This document shows positions 58,516 through 64,000 of a stretch of DNA of 64,000 nt, piece after piece. Under the pieces are notes generated by a model. That model saw nothing but the letters and a program-made list of their open reading frames with translations. It had not been told where the DNA came from and searched no databases. A program made the position numbers and the translations under genes. Each line of letters starts with the position of its first letter. The first letter of the stretch is position 1. Origin of the DNA: a virus (lineage: Duplodnaviria; Heunggongvirae; Uroviricota; Caudoviricetes); IMG/VR virus record IMGVR_UViG_3300045988_162656. One strand, given 5' to 3'.

Positions 58516-59856
58516 TTAGGTAACGTCTAAGATTCGCTCAATGAAGCGCATTTGTTCGAGGTTTTGTTTAACGCGAATGCTGATCCCTCCCTGCTGGTTA
58601 CGTGAACCAGCAAAGTAGAGACGAGCCTCTCCTTTCGCTTCTTCTTCTTCGGTTTTGTTGATCGTTATTACCAGGTCAGCAATACGTACTTTTTCGATGT
58701 TGTCGGCAGCGTGCATCATTGTGGCAACTTCTGACGCGCCACCTTCACGGTTTGTCTGCGATGCCGTGATCCCAGCAACGTTATGCTTGTCATAAAGAGC
58801 ACGTAAATCGGTGTAGATACTACGAATGTTGGCGCGATCATCACGAAGGTCATAACTGGCACGCATCAAATCTGCGTAGTCGACAACAACCATGTCAGGC
58901 ACCATGCCGTTGGCTTTCATGCTGTTAAGCATACGGTCCAGATCTGCCGGTGACATACTTCCTGACGGACGCTCAACCACCCACAAACTACCAATCCCCT
59001 TCGTGGCTCCCAACTCTGCCAACTTACGATGAACCTCATCGCGCCGTTCCACCAGCTTGGACATTTCTGTCTCCGACAATCTTGCATCAAAACGGTCGGA
59101 TAAAATGGTGGTGTGAACCTCCAGCGAGAGATACAGAACATTGTAGCCAGCAAGCGTTGCGTTTATGGAAAACTCACCCATTGCGGTCGATTTACCGGAT
59201 TTAGCGAACCCCATGAAGAGCACCATTTCACGCTTCGCCCAGCCTTTTTGGTACAGCAACCTATCGAGCAGAGGGAGTCCAGTTGTAATGCTGTTTGGCA
59301 CATACTCCTCTGAAGCCTCATATTCACGCGCTTTCAATCGCTCACTTGCGGAGGTGTAGTAGTCATAGATTCCGGTCGCTTCGTTCGATCCAATCTGCTG
59401 AACCTTAGCCATGATTGCCATCGCTCCCTGAAAGTCGCCTTTCTCTTTCAGTTCAGCAGCCTTAATCAGAGCATCATCAAACGCTACACTTTTTGCGAAG
59501 GTTGATACCTGGTCAACCATGTACGAGGTATCGGACAATTTTTCTGCAAGAATGCGCTTAAACGCAGCAACAACATCGGCGAATAGTTCCTCACGGATAG
59601 TCTTATCGCGTTTCGCACGCTTAAGCATATCCAGAATTGCAGATGAAGAGGGCGCGCTCTTGTACATACGGTAATAGCCCGAAACCATATTAACCAATAT
59701 GGCATTGGCCGCATTGGCAAATTGGCTAGGCACAACCAGATCTCCCGCACGAGTAAGAAACTCGTGATCACGACAAAAATATGCCGTCAGTCTGTTCTGG
59801 AAATCTTCATCAAACTCTTCGGACAGCCCGCGTCCTGTATGGCAAAGTTCTGTCAT
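58516..59856 (-). CDS. DnaB-like replicative DNA helicase
   Basis: Walker A GFAKSGKST, Walker B VVVDYADL, RecA-like C-terminal domain. Confidence 0.8.
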   Translation of the reverse strand: MTELCHTGRGLSEEFDEDFQNRLTAYFCRDHEFLTRAGDLVVPSQFANAANAILVNMVSGYYRMYKSAPSSSAILDMLKRAKRDKTIREELFADVVAAFKRILAEKLSDTSYMVDQVSTFAKSVAFDDALIKAAELKEKGDFQGAMAIMAKVQQIGSNEATGIYDYYTSASERLKAREYEASEEYVPNSITTGLPLLDRLLYQKGWAKREMVLFMGFAKSGKSTAMGEFSINATLAGYNVLYLSLEVHTTILSDRFDARLSETEMSKLVERRDEVHRKLAELGATKGIGSLWVVERPSGSMSPADLDRMLNSMKANGMVPDMVVVDYADLMRASYDLRDDRANIRSIYTDLRALYDKHNVAGITASQTNREGGASEVATMMHAADNIEKVRIADLVITINKTEEEEAKGEARLYFAGSRNQQGGISIRVKQNLEQMRFIERILDVT

Positions 59857-59899
59857 GTGCTTTCCTTTGTTTTTTAAACAAATTGTTTTCTAGTATTAG

Positions 59900-60649
59900 T
59901 TAATTAGATAGGGGATCAATAAACCGCCGTGCTTCTTCCAGTTCTTCTGGAAAGTGGGCGGAAATAAGGCGCTCTGGAACGATTTCCATTAGCCAGATAG
60001 CGGAGAAAATTGCGCGTATGCGCTTGCTGCGAGGGATGGTGCGCAAACACTCCAGAATCCACTCAAAATAGCTTTCCTGAATCGGGTTGAACTGCATGTC
60101 TCCCATATGCTTAAAGCTAACAAGAGAGTCATCCAGACGGGTTGTTGCGCGTCTGGCTAATTTCTCTTCGAATATCTCAACCAGCTCTGGCTGCCACAAA
60201 TGCTGTGGGCGCGGCAGCTTGTCCCACAGCCGTCGTGCAGCTGCGGAAAGAACGGTGGAGATAAAGTAGTCGTATGAGCAGCAATAGCGGTCAGCAAACT
60301 GGCGTGCTTTCCATAGAGACGTTTTATTGGCAGTCGACAACTCCTGATAAGGCAGGCGTTTTAACCCGGTGGTGAACGGAGCTGTTTCAAAGTGTTCGCG
60401 ACCGTGCGTCAGCATGATATTTGAGTACTGACGTTTGTATGCCTCCGTAAACAGACAGGTGGCCATAAGAGGATGCATGTCTCGGTAATCAAACCACTTC
60501 GTCTCGAAGAGTTCAGCCTCGTCTTTACAGCGCGACAAACCAATGTTTTCAGCGACCCACTTGTCCATAACAGCGGTATTCCACTCTGTCATGAAGTCGT
60601 ACTGGTCGTTGTCGATGGTATCGAAAAAGATTTGGCTCATGTGGCTCAC
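59900..60649 (-). CDS. hypothetical protein
   Basis: 249-aa ORF. Confidence 0.4.
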   Translation of the reverse strand: MSHMSQIFFDTIDNDQYDFMTEWNTAVMDKWVAENIGLSRCKDEAELFETKWFDYRDMHPLMATCLFTEAYKRQYSNIMLTHGREHFETAPFTTGLKRLPYQELSTANKTSLWKARQFADRYCCSYDYFISTVLSAAARRLWDKLPRPQHLWQPELVEIFEEKLARRATTRLDDSLVSFKHMGDMQFNPIQESYFEWILECLRTIPRSKRIRAIFSAIWLMEIVPERLISAHFPEELEEARRFIDPLSN

Positions 60650-60914
60650 CTGGTAGGTAGTTACTTACTTATCACAATGGACGGATGATAGCGACTGGTG
60701 TCAGTTTTTGGAAGTGAAAACGGAAGGGAGTTGTTCTGGTGGTGTCTTTTAAAAGACCTGCTTCCGTATATATTTAATAAGTTACTTATTATTTATATAC
60801 AGAAACAGGCTCCTAATGGATACCAAGAACAACATAATTTGACTCCAACTCCAGATGCTATGTCATTGACAGATTTATCAAGGGAGATCATGTTAGAATT
60901 AGTGTTTTAGCCTC

Positions 60915-61988
60915 GTGGATATTGTCACCATGCGCATGAATAGACTTCCAGGATATGGCCTTCCCGAACTGGCTTTTTGGCCTCAGCCTAAATATGAACG
61001 GAATAAATGGTCGATGTTCTGTCTGAAACTCCGTAATGATGGAACCCTTGCTTGGTATCGGCGATATGTTGATCGTGGTATGCCAAACCACGCTGTTGAT
61101 GACGACTACGATAACTATCCTGAAGCAAGAAAAGCGGCATTAGAGCTGAATAAAAACGTGAGCTTTGACATTGAAAAACTTCCTCTATCTATGTTTCAAA
61201 AGAAGTCATTGCGTTTGAAAGTTGACAAAGCACTCAAAGCCAAATCACGTCTCATGGATGAAGAGTATATAATGCTCAACGAAGCAATTAAGGCACACGC
61301 CAACGATCCGCGAGTGACATTAAATGAGTTAATAATTAACCCAGATTACGAAACTTTGCGTCAACCCCTTTTTGACGTGCTAAGCGAGATGCCTTACTTA
61401 CATTTTGTTTTTCTTCCCAAATTCCAAGTTTCACTTCAACTCGTTGCTCCTAACACTTGGGAATGTTCATATAACAACAAAGCTAAGACAGCGAAGATCT
61501 GCTACCAAGAACGCATAGCCAGAGGTTTTGGTTTATCAGGTGCTGCACATTGGGGAAAAACAAAAGCGACTATTCGCTCAATGCTTCTGCCGCGTGCTAA
61601 CCGGTTACTGCAACTCGCCAGCGTAAAAAGAATGCTGGATGAAGCTCTCAGGAATGGGCAAAAGGTACTGGTTGTTGGCAACTTTGTTTTCTGGTTTGAG
61701 GACAAAAATCAGGTAGGTTGGAGTGTTAAAGTTGCTAGCGAAAGCGAAACCACCTCAAGAGGCAATACGCTCTGGAAAGAAGGAACTATCATTTCAAAAA
61801 ATCACGGTCGAATTGTCGTGCTGCCGTATACAAAAGAAAACGGTAAACATGTAAAAGGTTATACCAAGAATGCCCCTAACGACGGCAATGCAATTCCGAG
61901 ACATAAGGATGAGTATGTTGAGTTGCCCTTTGAAATTTTGGATGGTGACTTGATGTTCAGTCTGTTCGGTGAGCTTAACTACGAATAG
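60915..61988 (+). CDS. hypothetical protein (isolated plus-strand gene)
   Basis: 357-aa ORF on the opposite strand from neighbours, downstream of inverted-repeat element at 60755-60812. Confidence 0.4.
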   Translation: MDIVTMRMNRLPGYGLPELAFWPQPKYERNKWSMFCLKLRNDGTLAWYRRYVDRGMPNHAVDDDYDNYPEARKAALELNKNVSFDIEKLPLSMFQKKSLRLKVDKALKAKSRLMDEEYIMLNEAIKAHANDPRVTLNELIINPDYETLRQPLFDVLSEMPYLHFVFLPKFQVSLQLVAPNTWECSYNNKAKTAKICYQERIARGFGLSGAAHWGKTKATIRSMLLPRANRLLQLASVKRMLDEALRNGQKVLVVGNFVFWFEDKNQVGWSVKVASESETTSRGNTLWKEGTIISKNHGRIVVLPYTKENGKHVKGYTKNAPNDGNAIPRHKDEYVELPFEILDGDLMFSLFGELNYE

Positions 61989-62048
61989 CTTTCATAGAAC
62001 GAAATATTTCTAAGGCTGTCCAATGCAGACCAGCCTTAGAGATTTATA

Positions 62049-62408
62049 TCAACCTTTCTTCATTAACTCGCGTTTAATTTCATCGGTACGCATCGTGACA
62101 TCGGCAGCAGTGATCGCCTCGTTAAGCTTCACGATGTCCTCGATTTCCTGCGGTGACTTCTCTGCCAGATGGAAAATAGCAGCACGAATCACATCAGAGC
62201 GGGTGAATTTCTCGAAGCGAGGGATGAACTTCATCATCTCCAGCAGTTCGAAGTATTCGTCCTCCAGTGACATTGTGCGGCTTTTAATTTTCTCTTTGCC
62301 ACGAGTCGGGCGTCCCTGTGGTCTGACTGGTTGGCGCAAAGGAGTTGTGTTCTTAGCCGGTGCATCAGACTCTTTGCGCTTTGCTAGGTCACCCATTTTC
62401 ATGGACAT
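62049..62408 (-). CDS. small basic DNA-binding partition protein candidate (ParG/ParB-like)
   Basis: 119 aa, basic N-terminus; stop overlaps nothing, start abuts parA stop; classic parA-small-gene operon layout. Confidence 0.4.
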   Translation of the reverse strand: MSMKMGDLAKRKESDAPAKNTTPLRQPVRPQGRPTRGKEKIKSRTMSLEDEYFELLEMMKFIPRFEKFTRSDVIRAAIFHLAEKSPQEIEDIVKLNEAITAADVTMRTDEIKRELMKKG

Positions 62409-63076
62409 TATTCTTCTTCCTCCAGACTCAACAGATAATCTACAAATTCTTCAAACTCGGCTTCCGCCTTTTTGTCGCGCTCGCTACCGGTCATTTCAAA
62501 GATAGAACGACCAGACTCTTCCGCATCATCATAGACGTTGCGGTTATATAGATTGACTGGCGCAGACTCGATGCCAAACGTCTCAACAATCTCTTTAGCC
62601 GCCAGAATGCGAGACACTTGTGATGGCAAAGCCGGGCACTGGTTCATGACCGCGCGGACCTTCACTTTATCGTTTACATTGCGAACATTGTCGATAATAG
62701 GATCGATGTCACGTAAAGATTTCAAATCACGACGCTTAGGACGCAGCGGGATAATGATAACGTCAGCCATCAGCATCGCTTGTCGCTGAATTTCGGAGTC
62801 GAAGCCACCAGCATCTACCACTACAAACTCAGCTCTACCCTGAAGCGATTTTAGGTGCTTAATGATGTCATCCTGAACGTATGCAAAAGGAATCAGCTCA
62901 AGGTCTTCGTTCTGTCGACGGTCTTCACACCAGCTCGTTGTCGTGCGCTGAATATCTATATCGGTAATATAAACCTTCTTCTTCTTTTTGACTTTCAGGC
63001 AAACGGCAATTTGCTGGGCAACGGTGGATTTGCCAGGCCCGCCCTTTGTGCCGCCAACCACAAAGATCTTGGTCAT
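62408..63076 (-). CDS. parA: ParA-family partition ATPase
   Basis: deviant Walker A GGTKGGPGKST; 222 aa. Confidence 0.8.
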   Translation of the reverse strand: MTKIFVVGGTKGGPGKSTVAQQIAVCLKVKKKKKVYITDIDIQRTTTSWCEDRRQNEDLELIPFAYVQDDIIKHLKSLQGRAEFVVVDAGGFDSEIQRQAMLMADVIIIPLRPKRRDLKSLRDIDPIIDNVRNVNDKVKVRAVMNQCPALPSQVSRILAAKEIVETFGIESAPVNLYNRNVYDDAEESGRSIFEMTGSERDKKAEAEFEEFVDYLLSLEEEE

Positions 63077-63238
63077 TGGAGAGTTTCCTTTGCGTCTATT
63101 ATTATTGTCTGAAACAACTTGTTTTCTTATATGTGATATAGCCTAAATGCCTACGGCTGCTGTGTAAAGGTTTAATGATAGGTACATAGATTTGGTAAGG
63201 ACTTAATAACAAAAAACCCGCCGTAGCGGGTTTAGGAA

Positions 63239-63928
63239 TTAGTGGTTGGTAGACCTGGCATCAAATGTTGTAACGCCCACTTCAATGTGGCGGTCTTCTT
63301 TGGAGATGATGGTGAGAATCTGACTAGATGGGTCTATGCTGACAGCCATAGGGTTCCAGTGACGTAACTGAGCCTCGCTGTTCAATAGCAGCGCATCCCA
63401 CGGTTTGACGCCATTCTGCCCAATACCACCTTCAACAAGGACATCTATAAATTCTTTATTTAAATTGTCATAGATTTGGACACGACCGACCAAAAGCATA
63501 CCTACAGCCCAAATTCTGGCACCGTAAACCGTCTGATGGTCATCACATACTACATGGTCATGCCAATTGAGAAGAAAATTGTAAACTCTTCTAGCAAGTC
63601 CCTTTTGTTCCTTTGAAGGGGTTACAAATGCCCCTTTAATCTGGACCCCAAGGTGAGAGCCTTTTTGTGAGCGAAACTGGAATCGTTTGTAGACGAACCT
63701 GGCGATCTGAATGCCGTCATCATCTTCTTGCTCATCACCAACTAATTCACGAACACTATGAACTATCTCTTCTTCTGAATGCCCCTGCTCGTCAAGATCC
63801 ATTGCATGTTCTTGAAGCCAATCTGCATCAGGGTCGCCTACAAATGACACTGTCAAACAGTAATCATAATTAGACCCGATCAAGGACCACTCTGTGAGCC
63901 GTAAAACAGAAAAATCAGAGTTAACCAT
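63239..63928 (-). CDS. hypothetical protein
   Basis: 229-aa ORF after a GC-rich terminator-like hairpin at 63213-63232. Confidence 0.4.
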   Translation of the reverse strand: MVNSDFSVLRLTEWSLIGSNYDYCLTVSFVGDPDADWLQEHAMDLDEQGHSEEEIVHSVRELVGDEQEDDDGIQIARFVYKRFQFRSQKGSHLGVQIKGAFVTPSKEQKGLARRVYNFLLNWHDHVVCDDHQTVYGARIWAVGMLLVGRVQIYDNLNKEFIDVLVEGGIGQNGVKPWDALLLNSEAQLRHWNPMAVSIDPSSQILTIISKEDRHIEVGVTTFDARSTNH

Positions 63929-64000
63929 GTAGCCAACTCTGATTTTCTCTCTTGCTTCACATTCAGGGAAATCAGACAGTACTTTTGAATACTCTGCTAT

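Overview
The left edge (1-1380) is Enterobacterial (E. coli-like) chromosome: the divergent 5' end of metG and a complete mrp/apbC. From about 1390 to the window end the DNA is phage-plasmid-like, with almost every gene on the minus strand. It carries a T4-like replication/recombination set (DnaE-type polymerase, DnaB-like helicase, primase, ATP-dependent ligase, gp32-like SSB, UvsX/RecA-like and UvsY-like proteins, SbcCD/gp46-47-like nuclease, FEN and RNase H, RuvC-like resolvase, DnaQ-like exonuclease) and a dNTP-synthesis set (NrdA, NrdB, ThyA, DHFR, nucleotide kinase). Plasmid-maintenance functions are also present: a P1-type iteron replicon (DnaA box, GATC cluster, 5 iterons, RepA, 12 downstream iterons) and a ParA-type partition pair. 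Other features are two DNA methyltransferases, a CobS/CobT-like AAA+/vWA pair, an SPFH lipoprotein pair, a tyrosine integrase with an XRE regulator and an SGNH/SASA esterase beside a four-tRNA cluster (Ser, Thr, Tyr, Asn), and a long operon of translationally coupled small unknown genes. No single complete known defence system is recognisable. The most unusual items are a ~107-aa protein whose C-terminus is a ClpX-type zinc-binding domain without the ATPase, a 580-bp gene-free hairpin-dense segment, two families of dispersed palindromic operator-like motifs, a duplicated inverted-repeat element, and an orphan UmuD-like gene with a LexA box at the chromosome junction. All homology calls are from reading the translations by eye; no database search was run.
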